DNA of 64,000 nucleotides from an uncultured Granulosicoccaceae bacterium (GTDB lineage Bacteria > Pseudomonadota > Gammaproteobacteria > Granulosicoccales > Granulosicoccaceae), in assembly GCA_937927895.1 (NCBI GenBank), contig CALGKA010000036.1:9737-73736 (forward strand), read 5' to 3'. The translations under genes were made by a program, and so were the position numbers. Under the pieces are notes generated by a model. That model did no database searches. It was not told the DNA's origin and saw only the letters and a program-made list of their open reading frames with translations. How positions within the stretch are numbered: position 1 is the first letter of the stretch; each line of letters begins with the position of its first letter. This document shows, in pieces, positions 49,316 through 59,557 of the stretch.

Positions 49316-50902
49316 CTAATGCCAGCTCTTGGCACTAGCAGCATTCCAATCATGTCTCCAATCATCTGGAATGGTGGCATCATTCAAAAGACATCCTGGT
49401 GTAAGTGTTGGGTATAGCTGTTCGTACGTTTGAACATCTGTGCCTTGTACACGACGATTGATGTGTTTTGGTTGTAATTCTTCTAAGCTGTTCAAGCCGG
49501 CTGCTGCAATGAGCTCTGCCAGGTTAGCCACTGTTTCGTGGTGGAAATTTGCCACTCGCTGTCCTTTATCGGTGACATCAAGCGCTAGTGCACGTGCCGG
49601 GTTTTGAGTAGCGATACCTGTCGGACAATGGTCTGTATTGCAAGTGCGAGATTGTATGCAGCCAAGCGCTAACATCATGGCACGTGCAGAGTTAACGGTG
49701 TCAGCACCCAGCGCTACAGCGCGCATTAGATGAAATGCTGAGAATATTTTTCCAGCTGCAATTATTTTTACCTCGTCTCGTAAGCCGCAACCAATCAGTG
49801 CGTTGTTAGCAATGATAAGACCGTCTTTTAGTGGTGTGCCCACAGAGTTAGTCATTTCAGTTGGGGCGGCCCCTGTGCCACCTTCAGAGCCATCGACGGT
49901 CACAAAGTCTGGTGCAATACCGGTGTCGATCATAGCTTTGCAGCTTGATAAGAACTCACTGCGATTGCCAAGGCAAAGTTTTATACCTACAGGCTTACCT
50001 CCCGCTAATTCACGCAGTTGTTTTATAAAGTGCATCATTTCAATGGGGGTTGAAAAAGCGGTATGCGCTGATGGTGATAAAACATCCTGACCCATAGGCA
50101 CGCCGCGAATCTCTGCAATTTCCTTAGTTAGTTTGGCGGCTGGTAGAATGCCGCCATGACCAGGCTTAGCCCCTTGAGATAATTTGATTTCTATCATTTT
50201 TACTTCATCGCGATTGGCATTTTGACTGAAAAGATCTGCATCGAAGTTTCCATCTGGTGCTCTGCAGCCAAAGTAGCCTGTGCCGATCTGCCAAATTAAA
50301 TCACCACCGTATTCCAGGTGATAAGGGCTAATGCTGCCTTCACCTGTATTGTGAGCAAAGCCACCTATTGCAGCACCTTTGTTGAGTGCTTTGATAGCGT
50401 TATTGCTTAAAGAGCCGAAACTCATGGCAGAGATATTAAGCGGTGATGCAGAGTATGGTTTTTTGCAGTCTTTGCCACCGAACAGTATGCGGTGGGTTTC
50501 ATCGCTGCTGTGTTTCGGTGCCATTGAGTGATTAACCCACTCGTATCCGTCGCGGTTGACATCGAAGATGGTGCCGAACGGTCTGGTGTCTCGTGCACCC
50601 TTGGCGCGTTGATAAACCAGTGAACGGAATTCACGGCTTACCGGCATGCCATTGGTTTCAGATTCTACAAAGTACTGTTGGATCTCTGGTCGGATTGATT
50701 CAAGTAAATATCGAAACCTTCCAAGGAACGGATACAGTCTGCGAATAGCGTGACGTTTTTGGATCATATCGATCACGCCAATAATAATTATTGGAACAAG
50801 TGCGATCAGTGACCACAATGCCGGTCGCCAAAAAATGCTGCACAGCAATACGGCAATAATTGAGACAATTGCGAATACTACAAATTTTTGTCGCATGGTC
50901 AT
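49316..50902 (-). CDS. FMN-binding glutamate synthase family protein (GltB domain-2-like) with N-terminal TM helices
   Basis: 528 aa. ISAMSFGSLS..., KLSQGAKPGHGGILP, DGSEGGTGAAP and the CIQSRTCNTDHCPTGIATQ cluster are typical of this family. Confidence 0.88.
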   Translation of the reverse strand: MTMRQKFVVFAIVSIIAVLLCSIFWRPALWSLIALVPIIIIGVIDMIQKRHAIRRLYPFLGRFRYLLESIRPEIQQYFVESETNGMPVSREFRSLVYQRAKGARDTRPFGTIFDVNRDGYEWVNHSMAPKHSSDETHRILFGGKDCKKPYSASPLNISAMSFGSLSNNAIKALNKGAAIGGFAHNTGEGSISPYHLEYGGDLIWQIGTGYFGCRAPDGNFDADLFSQNANRDEVKMIEIKLSQGAKPGHGGILPAAKLTKEIAEIRGVPMGQDVLSPSAHTAFSTPIEMMHFIKQLRELAGGKPVGIKLCLGNRSEFLSSCKAMIDTGIAPDFVTVDGSEGGTGAAPTEMTNSVGTPLKDGLIIANNALIGCGLRDEVKIIAAGKIFSAFHLMRAVALGADTVNSARAMMLALGCIQSRTCNTDHCPTGIATQNPARALALDVTDKGQRVANFHHETVANLAELIAAAGLNSLEELQPKHINRRVQGTDVQTYEQLYPTLTPGCLLNDATIPDDWRHDWNAASAKSWH

Positions 50903-51064
50903 AGCGTGAGGAATCCAATTGTGTCTGCAGTAGCGTTAGGTTGAATATTATTATGTAGTTGGTAAATGTAGAGCAGTGCAGCAGGTTAGCCCGGTACATT
51001 TTAATTGAATAGTTCTAGAATATAGTTACGCGCTGGAATTCTGTTGGCTCAAATGAGGACCAAT

Positions 51065-51275
51065 GTGTGAACCCACGGAAAGTGCAGCAGAGAGCAGACC
51101 GCCTAAGTTACTTTATGGTGACCGGTAAGGGTGAAAAGGTGCGGTGAAGAGTGTACTGCGTTGGTGGCGGCATAGCAGCGGTAAGGGAAGCCGCAATCGG
51201 TGTGAGATCAAATAGGGAAGCAATATCGTGGCTCGCGATGCTTCCGGGTAGATCGCTAGTGGTGCATGGCGGCAT
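51065..51275 (+). pseudogene. Diverged partial copy of RNase P RNA, lacking the P1-P4 catalytic-core strands
   Basis: It aligns by eye to 51449-51664 of the intact rnpB. The first ~47 nt and last ~85 nt are nearly identical, and the middle is divergent with one 5-nt indel. It has no gaggaaagtccgggc 5' strand and no acagaacccggc 3' strand. Confidence 0.8.
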
Positions 51276-51360
51276 CATAGGCATCGTGACCTTAAATAAA
51301 TCTACTCAACTCATTAATAATACTTGTAGTGGTTACAGACCAAACGCGATACGATGCCGC

Positions 51361-51721
<361 letters not shown>

Positions 51722-51734
51722 TTTTTATCTTACT

Positions 51735-51773
51735 GGCAGCCTGATCCTAATATGGATTCGGCTGCCTGTTTGT
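51735..51773 (+). terminator. Intrinsic terminator after rnpB
   Basis: ggcagcc...ggctgcc stem, extendable through gatcc/ggatt, followed by TGTTTGT. Confidence 0.7.
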
Positions 51774-51989
51774 GGGCGATCACTTCTAGTGAATCATGGC
51801 TGAGATTGAGTTAAGTCCTTTGATCGCTGCAGGAACCTCATTCCTGTCCTTTATTCAAGTGAATTCTTCTATCTGTTCTGTAAGCTTTTGATTTCAATGT
51901 AGTTCATCCGGATTCTACCCAGGATTGAGAAGTTGCGCTAACTCATTGTCTTGGCAGTAAATTTTCCTGGGAAAAATGCCCTCCGTAAC

Positions 51990-52018
51990 TTGAAAACTGT
52001 ACCTTCTAAAGATACAGT
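51990..52018 (+). promoter_or_regulatory. Candidate sigma-70 promoter of the dcw cluster (Pmra-like)
   Basis: TTGAAA (51990-95), 17-nt spacer, TACAGT (52013-18), about 93 nt upstream of the mraZ ATG. Confidence 0.55.
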
Positions 52019-52037
52019 GGGGTTACTTTGCGGTCAT

Positions 52038-52062
52038 GTGGGGTGTTGTGGGTCCCAGTGGT
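52038..52062 (+). promoter_or_regulatory. MraZ operator-like direct repeats
   Basis: GTGGG at 52038, GTGGG at 52048 and GTGGT at 52058, with exact 10-bp phasing, plus GTGGG at 52017 overlapping the -10. This matches the known MraZ binding pattern of phased GTGG[GT] repeats just downstream of Pmra. Confidence 0.6.
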
Positions 52063-52110
52063 GCAAATTTTAATGAATCCCAGCAAATCACGCACTCGAA
52101 CAAGTAATAA

Positions 52111-52572
52111 ATGTTTCTTGGTAAAACCACGCTCTCACTGGACTCCAAGGGTCGCATCGCGATCCCGGCGAAGTACCGTGCGCAGCTAACAGAGATCTGT
52201 GGTGGCAAGTTGGTGATTTCATACAACCCTCTGGATAAGTGTTTGCCAATTTACCCGCATGCGGAATGGCTCGAGTGTGAGCGAAAGATGGAAGAGGTTG
52301 AAGATCAATCGGATCAGTTCCGTGATTTTCAAAGACTACTTTACTCGTTTACAAATGAAGTGGATATGGACAGCAGCGGGCGAGTTTTAATCCCGCAGTC
52401 TTCAAGGGAAAAGGTTGGTTTGGAAAAGGGCGCAGTGTTGATCGGCCATGGAAAAAAGTTTGAGCTTTGGGGCGAAGAGAGCTGGCAGCAAACTTTTGAG
52501 AAGAAAAACGAGGAGCTTATTGAAAGCCTGAAATCACGTACTGAGCGCCTTCACATAGGGTTCCGTTTGTGA
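52111..52572 (+). CDS. mraZ: Transcriptional regulator MraZ
   Basis: MFLGKTTLSLDSKGRIAIPAKYR...DSSGRVLIP shows the two SpoVT-AbrB/DXXXR motifs. Confidence 0.95.
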   Translation: MFLGKTTLSLDSKGRIAIPAKYRAQLTEICGGKLVISYNPLDKCLPIYPHAEWLECERKMEEVEDQSDQFRDFQRLLYSFTNEVDMDSSGRVLIPQSSREKVGLEKGAVLIGHGKKFELWGEESWQQTFEKKNEELIESLKSRTERLHIGFRL

Positions 52573-53507
52573 TGCACGCTTCTGCAGAACATATTTCTGT
52601 GTTGCCAACAGAGGCAATAGATGCGTTGGATATTAAATCTGACGGATTTTATATCGATGCGACGTTTGGGCGTGGTGGCCATTCAGGTCACATACTTGAG
52701 CGTCTCGGTGCAGCCGGGCAGCTCCTCGCGTTTGACTGTGATCTTCAGGCGGTGGCATATGCACAAAAACTATACGGCGATGATCAACGCTTTTCTATAG
52801 TGCAAAGTAACTACAGTGAAATGACAGATGAAGTTGAGCGTTTGAATAAGCGCGGTGATGTTGACGGCATACTGTTTGATCTAGGTGTGTCTTCACCGCA
52901 GCTTGATCAGGCTGAGCGTGGTTTTAGCTTTGATAAATCCGGCCCGCTAGACATGCGCATGGATCAAACACGTGGCCAGCCAGTGTCTGAATGGTTGGCG
53001 ACTGTATCAGTAGAAGAGCTAACAGAAGTTTTTAGAGACTACGGTGATGAGCGTTATGCCAAGCGCATAGCACGTCGCGTGGTTGAGGCGGTGGCGACTG
53101 CGCCAATCACAGATACTGTACAGCTTGCTGAAATAATTAAAGAAGCTCACCCGCGTTGGGAAAAACATAAGCACCCAGCCACTAGATGTTTTCAGGCGCT
53201 AAGAATATTTATTAATCGCGAGCTTGATCATTTAAAAGCGGCTCTAGAAAGCTGTGTTGAATTGCTTCGCCCGGGTGGTCGAATTGTGGTTATAAGTTTT
53301 CACTCACTTGAAGATCGTATTGTTAAACGCTTTTTCCGCGGGCCAGATAAAAGATCAGGCTTGCCGCGCGGACTGCCGGTTGAAATTGATGAAACGCCTT
53401 GGCCACTGAAGCGCCTGGGTGGTTCGGTTAAGCCTTCAAGTGATGAGGTAGCATCTAACCCTCGCTCACGTTCATCCATTATGCGCATCGCAGAGAGAGT
53501 GGCATGA
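52569..53507 (+). CDS. rsmH: 16S rRNA (cytosine1402-N4)-methyltransferase
   Basis: H.SVL..E......DG.YIDATFGRGGHS...DLGVSSPQLD...ISFHSLEDR. Confidence 0.95.
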   Translation: MMHASAEHISVLPTEAIDALDIKSDGFYIDATFGRGGHSGHILERLGAAGQLLAFDCDLQAVAYAQKLYGDDQRFSIVQSNYSEMTDEVERLNKRGDVDGILFDLGVSSPQLDQAERGFSFDKSGPLDMRMDQTRGQPVSEWLATVSVEELTEVFRDYGDERYAKRIARRVVEAVATAPITDTVQLAEIIKEAHPRWEKHKHPATRCFQALRIFINRELDHLKAALESCVELLRPGGRIVVISFHSLEDRIVKRFFRGPDKRSGLPRGLPVEIDETPWPLKRLGGSVKPSSDEVASNPRSRSSIMRIAERVA

Positions 53508-53773
53508 GCGGACTTCGAACAGCAATAGTGTGCTTGGTTGTTTTAAACATGATGACAGCCCTCGGTGTGATTTATTCAAAGCACAACAGCCGAATGTTGT
53601 TTAAGAAAACACGTGTTTTAAGTGATGCGATAGATCGTGCGAATGTTGATTGGGGGCGTTTACAAATTGAAGAAAGCACTTTGGCCAGGTACGGTCGCAT
53701 CGAAGAGCTTGCTACGTCAAAGCTTGGAATGCGCATGCCAGAGCATGCTGAAATTGAGACTGTGCTGAAATGA
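53504..53773 (+). CDS. ftsL: Cell division protein FtsL
   Basis: 89 aa with a single TM segment then a coiled-coil; position between rsmH and ftsI. Confidence 0.88.
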   Translation: MSGLRTAIVCLVVLNMMTALGVIYSKHNSRMLFKKTRVLSDAIDRANVDWGRLQIEESTLARYGRIEELATSKLGMRMPEHAEIETVLK

Positions 53774-55575
53774 ATTTAACGCATTCGTCACAAGCCAATA
53801 ACAGCGGTGGTCACCGAGGTATGGGTGCACGTCGGGTAGTTGTGCTCGGCTTTTTTAGTTTGCTTGCATTGGTGTTGCTTGGTCGTGCCTTTCAGCTGCA
53901 AGTGCTTGATCGAAGCTTTTATGAAAAGCAGGGTGATGTTCGTCATATTCGAACGTTGCCACTCGCGGCTCACCGGGGCATGCTCCTGGATCGTAACGGC
54001 GAAGCACTGGCGGTTAGTACACCCATTGATTCTATTTGGGCTGATCCACAAGAGCTTATAAAGTACAGCGATAAGCTTGATCTATTAAGTTATGCCATAG
54101 AGATGGATCCAGAGCGACTGCGTGATCTGGTTGCCAAAGGTGCTGAAAGGAAACGTGAGTTTATTTACTTGCGCCGTCATGTGCACCCTAGAACGGCTAA
54201 GGCACTTCAGTCGATTAAAGACCGTGGTCAGATAAAAGGCGTGAACATACAGCGCGAGTACGGTCGTTATTACCCGAGTGGTGAAATCACGGCGCACGTG
54301 CTCGGTTTTAACAATATTGATGATCAAGGCCAGGAAGGTTTAGAGATGGCGTTTGATCACTGGTTAAAAGGTGAATCTGGTAAGCGTCGTGTAGTCACTG
54401 ATGTATTGGGTGATGCAATAGAAGATATCGAGCTTGTATCAGAGGCTAATCACGGTCGAGATCTAACTCTGAGTATTGATAAGCGAATTCAATATCTTGC
54501 GTATCGTGAGCTTAAGCAGGCAGTGCAGCGTAATGGTGCAAAGTCAGGTTCGGCAGTCGTGCTTGATGCGCTTACAGGTGAAGTCTTGGCTATGGTTAAT
54601 CAGCCTTCTTATAACCCGAATAGATATGCCGAACGAGTGGGTGGCATTAAGCGTAACCGTGCAGTGACAGATGTACTGGAGCCTGGGTCAACTATCAAGC
54701 CGTTTACAATTGCTGCGGCAATTGAAGCGGGAGATTTTGGTTTAAACGATGTTGTTGATACAGCGCCAGGGCGTTTTAATGTTGGCAAATACGTGGTGCG
54801 TGACTACAAGAACTACGGTGAGTTATCTCTGACGGGAATTTTAAAAAATTCAAGTAACATTGGCGCGAGTAAAATCGCTCTACAGCTTGATAAAGCGACT
54901 CTGTGGAATACCTTTGATCGCTTAGGTTTTGGTAGAGCGCCACTGGTTGAATTTCCGGGTGCAGTGTCTGGCAAGATGCCGCATTTTTCTAAATGGTCTG
55001 TCGTGCGGCAGGCAACTGTAGCCTATGGCTATGGGGTATCAACCTCAGCTATGCAGTTAGCGCGTGCTTATGCAGCAATAGCCTCAGATGGAATGATGCC
55101 GGAAGTTACTTTTCAAAAACTCAACTCTGAGCCACGTACAGAGCGTGTGTTTAGTGAAGATACCGCGCGTGAAGTTCGCGCAATGCTTCAGTCGGTAGTT
55201 AGTGAAGGTACAGGTAAGGCGGCAAGCATTCCGGGCTATACAGTAGCAGGTAAAACAGGTACCACGCATATCTCTGAAAATGGAAGCTACGCAGATGATC
55301 GATACATTTCATTGTTTGCTGGTATGGCACCTGCGGGTAACCCATCAATGGTGGCGGTGATATCAATTATTGAGCCGCAAGGTCAATATTACGGTGGTGA
55401 GGTTGCGGCCCCTGTGTTTTCTAAAATCATGGCCGGTGCGCTGCGTTTGCGTAATGTGAATCCTGATGGTCGACGTGTATACGGCGCGCAGGTTATGAAG
55501 ACGCAGTCTGCAAGCGATACTGAGTTGGCACTTGAAGCGGCGGCAATTAAAGCTGCAGCACGCAAAGCACAATGA
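53770..55575 (+). CDS. ftsI: Peptidoglycan D,D-transpeptidase FtsI (PBP3)
   Basis: 601 aa with STIKP (SxxK), SSN and KTGT motifs. Confidence 0.95.
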   Translation: MNLTHSSQANNSGGHRGMGARRVVVLGFFSLLALVLLGRAFQLQVLDRSFYEKQGDVRHIRTLPLAAHRGMLLDRNGEALAVSTPIDSIWADPQELIKYSDKLDLLSYAIEMDPERLRDLVAKGAERKREFIYLRRHVHPRTAKALQSIKDRGQIKGVNIQREYGRYYPSGEITAHVLGFNNIDDQGQEGLEMAFDHWLKGESGKRRVVTDVLGDAIEDIELVSEANHGRDLTLSIDKRIQYLAYRELKQAVQRNGAKSGSAVVLDALTGEVLAMVNQPSYNPNRYAERVGGIKRNRAVTDVLEPGSTIKPFTIAAAIEAGDFGLNDVVDTAPGRFNVGKYVVRDYKNYGELSLTGILKNSSNIGASKIALQLDKATLWNTFDRLGFGRAPLVEFPGAVSGKMPHFSKWSVVRQATVAYGYGVSTSAMQLARAYAAIASDGMMPEVTFQKLNSEPRTERVFSEDTAREVRAMLQSVVSEGTGKAASIPGYTVAGKTGTTHISENGSYADDRYISLFAGMAPAGNPSMVAVISIIEPQGQYYGGEVAAPVFSKIMAGALRLRNVNPDGRRVYGAQVMKTQSASDTELALEAAAIKAAARKAQ

Positions 55576-57101
55576 CAAGTAGCGTAACAATGCCTAATCA
55601 AGCGCAGCGGCAAGCGGTATTGTTGTCTACCTTGCTCGCCGGTATGGCAGATGTTACTGCGGAACAAGATCTCGAAGTCTATGGTGTGCACGTTGATAGT
55701 CGAAATATTCAGGGTGACGATCTATTTATAGCTTTGCAGGGTGAGACTGTTCATGGTCTGGATTTTCTAGCTGCGGCGATTGCAGGCAATGTTGCTGTGG
55801 TTTTAGTCAGTGCTGACGATAGTCGTTGTAGTGCTGAAGTACGAGTAGCGCTTCAAGCGGCTTCAGTTAAGCTTGTTGAGGTTGAAAATTTAGCCAAGCG
55901 AGTGGGTGAAATCGCTAGCCGTTATTTTGGTCAGCCCTCTGCATCGTTGAGTGTTGTGGGCATTACCGGAACTGATGGTAAAACATCTGTGTGTCATTTG
56001 TTGGCGCAAGCGCTAAATGCCAATAGCGATAACTGCGGTGTTCTTGGCACACTTGGTTGGGGTTTCAAAAAACCGCTGAGCGATACGGGATTAACCACGC
56101 CAGATGCTGTGTCAGTGCAATTAGCGCTTGCGGGCATGTTGCACGATGGCGCTAAAACCGTGGCAATGGAAGTGTCGTCGCATGCGCTTGTGCAATCACG
56201 AGTGAATGGAATAAGTTTCGATGTTGCGGTGCTCACTAATATTGGTCGTGATCACTTGGATTATCACGGCAATATGGAAAACTACCGCGAAGCTAAACAG
56301 TCTTTGTTTTATAAGCCTCAGTTGCGTGCCGCGGTGATTAATTCCGATGATGAGTTTGGTGCACTGTTACTAGAGCAGCTGCCAAACCTTGAATTGTATA
56401 GTTACGGTGCATCGGCACGTAGCAATAATCATATTCAGTATAAGCATGTAGAGCATTTGGCATCTGGCTTGTCGTTTGATCTTGAGTTTGGTGGTAAAAG
56501 TTACTCCGTTGAAAGTAGCTTGCTGGGTGGTTTTAATGTGCAGAACATTGCGGCAACTTTTGCTGTGTTGATTGCATTGGGTGTATCGCCTGATTTGGCA
56601 GTTAAGTCTTTGGGTGATCTGCGCCCAGTGCCTGGCCGCATGGAGGCAACACAGCTTAAAAGCGGTGCATTGATTATTGTTGATTATGCGCACAACCCAC
56701 ATGCGCTTGAGTCGGTACTTAAATCATTGTCAACGCATTGTGAAGGTCGTTTGTCTGTTGTGTTTGGTTGCGGTGGTGATCGCGATCAAGGGAAGCGACC
56801 CATGATGGCAGCTATTGCGGAGCGATTTTGTGATCTATGCGTAGTGACCGATGACAACCCGCGCAGTGAGTCCGGTGACGCGATTGTTGCGCAAATACTT
56901 GAAGGCTTTCAAGATACGGATAAGGTAGTGGTTCAGCGTGATCGTAAATCCGCAATAGAATTAGCCATGAGTGAAGCCGGTAATGGTGACTTTGTTGTCG
57001 TTGCTGGAAAGGGCCATGAAGATTATCAGTTAGTAGGCAAGGAGCGTTTGCCTTTTAGTGATAGTGCTGTGGTCGCCAACTATGCCCAGGCTATAGCATG
57101 A
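55572..57101 (+). CDS. murE: UDP-N-acetylmuramoyl-L-alanyl-D-glutamate--2,6-diaminopimelate ligase
   Basis: GITGTDGKTS, and the DNPR motif (VVTDDNPRSE) typical of DAP-adding MurE. Confidence 0.95.
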   Translation: MTSSVTMPNQAQRQAVLLSTLLAGMADVTAEQDLEVYGVHVDSRNIQGDDLFIALQGETVHGLDFLAAAIAGNVAVVLVSADDSRCSAEVRVALQAASVKLVEVENLAKRVGEIASRYFGQPSASLSVVGITGTDGKTSVCHLLAQALNANSDNCGVLGTLGWGFKKPLSDTGLTTPDAVSVQLALAGMLHDGAKTVAMEVSSHALVQSRVNGISFDVAVLTNIGRDHLDYHGNMENYREAKQSLFYKPQLRAAVINSDDEFGALLLEQLPNLELYSYGASARSNNHIQYKHVEHLASGLSFDLEFGGKSYSVESSLLGGFNVQNIAATFAVLIALGVSPDLAVKSLGDLRPVPGRMEATQLKSGALIIVDYAHNPHALESVLKSLSTHCEGRLSVVFGCGGDRDQGKRPMMAAIAERFCDLCVVTDDNPRSESGDAIVAQILEGFQDTDKVVVQRDRKSAIELAMSEAGNGDFVVVAGKGHEDYQLVGKERLPFSDSAVVANYAQAIA

Positions 57102-58477
57102 ATAAAATAATGTTGTCAGAATTGGCGGCGGCAGCTAATGGTGAATTGCTGGGTGCTGAATTATTAGGTGCTGATTGGGCAATTCAGGGTTATAGCACTG
57201 ATACCCGAAGAGTATCGACAGGAGACTTATACTTCTGTTTGCGCGGTGATAACTTTGATGGCCATGATTTTGTGAATGCGGCAATTGATAGCGGTGTATG
57301 TGCTGTTGTTTGTGATCAAAAGATAGATTCAGAAATTCCACAATTGCTTGTGTCTGACACAAGGCGTGCCTTTGGATTATTTGCCAGGCTATGGCGTGCT
57401 CAGTTTAAAAAGCCTGTGATTGGTGTAACCGGCAGCAATGGTAAAACCACTGTTAAGCAACTGCTTGCTGCTATTTTTAAGCAAGCGGGTAACACCCACG
57501 TAACACATGCCAATCACAATAATGAAGTGGGTGTTCCGCAAACGTTATTAGGTCTTACTCAAGCACACGCCTTTGCAGTGATAGAAATGGGTGCCAGTTT
57601 GTTGGGTGATATCGAGTGGTTAAGTGAGTTAGTACAGCCCGATATTTCTCTTATTACCAACGCTAGTGCAGCGCACCTTGAAGGGTTGGGTGATGCAGCT
57701 TCAGTCGCTGCTGAAAAGGCGTGGATCTATAAAAGCCTGGCGCCAGGTGGAACTGCAGTAATCAATAGTGATAACGCCTTTTACGATTATTGGTTAGAGA
57801 TCTGTAGTGGAAAGAAAGTAATAACCTTTGGTGCTGCGGGTGATGTTGTCGCTTCTCGCATAGGCAATAACTCTATTTCAATTGCATATGATGGTCAGAG
57901 TGTTGAGTGTGAATTTAACTTGGCGGGTGATCATAATGTGGCTAATGCTGCAGCGGCGTCGGCTTGTGCGATCGCCGCTGGATTATCACTTGATACTATA
58001 GCGGTAGGTCTTGCCGAAGCTGCACCTGTGGCTGGAAGGCTAAATATGGTGCCTTTAGCTGACGGTATTACTGTTATAGATGATACTTACAATGCTAACC
58101 CCGCATCGGTTCGTGCGGCGATCGATGTGCTAGCTGAGGCTGATGGAAAGCGTATTGTGGTGCTGGGAGCGCTAGGTGAATTAGGGCCTGAAGAGGCTCA
58201 GTTGCACAAGGCTATTGGTGAGTATGCACGGGCTCATAAGGTTGACTGCCTTATGGCTTATGGTGAGTTAACGAAACATGCAGTAAAAGCCTTTGGCGAT
58301 AATGCCAAATGGTACGCCAGTAAAGAGCAACTGTCTGAAGCACTTGTGAATGAGCTGGATGCCAATACCACCGTGTTGGTTAAGGGTTCACGATCAATGA
58401 AAATGGAAGATGTCGTCGCTTATGTGTGCGCGCAGTCTGGTAAGTCGCATGCACAAGCGGGGGCATGTAGCTCATGA
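57098..58477 (+). CDS. murF: UDP-N-acetylmuramoyl-tripeptide--D-alanyl-D-alanine ligase
   Basis: [10 protein letters not shown]...DDTYNANP...KGSRSMKME. Confidence 0.95.
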   Translation: MNKIMLSELAAAANGELLGAELLGADWAIQGYSTDTRRVSTGDLYFCLRGDNFDGHDFVNAAIDSGVCAVVCDQKIDSEIPQLLVSDTRRAFGLFARLWRAQFKKPVIGVTGSNGKTTVKQLLAAIFKQAGNTHVTHANHNNEVGVPQTLLGLTQAHAFAVIEMGASLLGDIEWLSELVQPDISLITNASAAHLEGLGDAASVAAEKAWIYKSLAPGGTAVINSDNAFYDYWLEICSGKKVITFGAAGDVVASRIGNNSISIAYDGQSVECEFNLAGDHNVANAAAASACAIAAGLSLDTIAVGLAEAAPVAGRLNMVPLADGITVIDDTYNANPASVRAAIDVLAEADGKRIVVLGALGELGPEEAQLHKAIGEYARAHKVDCLMAYGELTKHAVKAFGDNAKWYASKEQLSEALVNELDANTTVLVKGSRSMKMEDVVAYVCAQSGKSHAQAGACSS

Positions 58478-59556
58478 TGCTTGTATTGTCTGAGTGGTTG
58501 ATACAATATAACGATGGCTTTAGCGTTATTCAGTACATTACGTTGCGTGCGATTTTTGCAGCTTTGACATCGCTTGTGGCTTGTCTGGTGTTTGGTCCAA
58601 TGATGATTCGTTGGTTGCAAGCAGCAAGTATTGGCCAGAGTGTCCGTGACGATGGCCCAAGTACTCACCTTGTTAAAGCGGGTACACCCACTATGGGTGG
58701 TGCAATGATTTTGGTCGCGGTTGGAATTAGCGTGTTGTTGTGGTCCGATTTGAGTGTGCGTTACGTATGGGTGGTGTTATTTATTACTGCATCCTTTGGC
58801 GCGATTGGATGGGTTGATGACTACCGCAAAGTGCTGCTCAAAAATTCAGATGGTTTGTCGGCTTCATCTAAGTTTTTTTGGCAGTCGGTTGCCGCCTTTG
58901 CAGCAGCGATTTTTATCTATTCAACTGCTAAAAGTTCGGCAGAAGTTAATCTCCTTGTGCCATACGTTAAAGATGTATCACTTTATCTTGGATGGTTATT
59001 CATACCCTTTACGTACTTTGTCATTGTTGGTACGAGTAACGCGGTCAATTTAACTGATGGCCTTGATGGGTTGGCCATAATGCCTGCGGTAATGGTTGCT
59101 GCCGCATTAGGGTTGTTTGCCTACGTTACCGGTAACTCTGTATTTTCAGAGTATTTAGGCGTACCTGGAATTACAGGTGTGGGTGAGCTGACGGTATTTT
59201 GTTCAAGTCTTGTTGGCGCGGGCCTTGGTTTTCTTTGGTTTAATACTTACCCCGCACAAGTATTCATGGGTGATGTTGGTGCACTTGCTATTGGTGCAGC
59301 GCTTGGTGTGGTAGCTGTGCTGGTACGACAAGAGATTGTATTGTTCGTAATGGGTGGGGTTTTTGTGATGGAGACTGTCAGTGTCTTCTTGCAGGTAGCC
59401 TCATTTAAGTTGACGGGTAAAAGAATTTTTCGCATGGCGCCGTTGCACCATCATTTTGAATTAAAGGGGTGGCCGGAGCCCAGGGTTATTGTGCGCTTTT
59501 GGATTATCACTTTTATTTTGGTGCTGGTGGGTTTAGCCAGTCTGAAGATCCGCTAA
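58474..59556 (+). CDS. mraY: Phospho-N-acetylmuramoyl-pentapeptide-transferase
   Basis: KAGTPTMGG...[13 protein letters not shown]...MGDVGALA...APLHHHFE. Confidence 0.96.
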   Translation: MMLVLSEWLIQYNDGFSVIQYITLRAIFAALTSLVACLVFGPMMIRWLQAASIGQSVRDDGPSTHLVKAGTPTMGGAMILVAVGISVLLWSDLSVRYVWVVLFITASFGAIGWVDDYRKVLLKNSDGLSASSKFFWQSVAAFAAAIFIYSTAKSSAEVNLLVPYVKDVSLYLGWLFIPFTYFVIVGTSNAVNLTDGLDGLAIMPAVMVAAALGLFAYVTGNSVFSEYLGVPGITGVGELTVFCSSLVGAGLGFLWFNTYPAQVFMGDVGALAIGAALGVVAVLVRQEIVLFVMGGVFVMETVSVFLQVASFKLTGKRIFRMAPLHHHFELKGWPEPRVIVRFWIITFILVLVGLASLKIR

Positions 59557-59557
59557 C

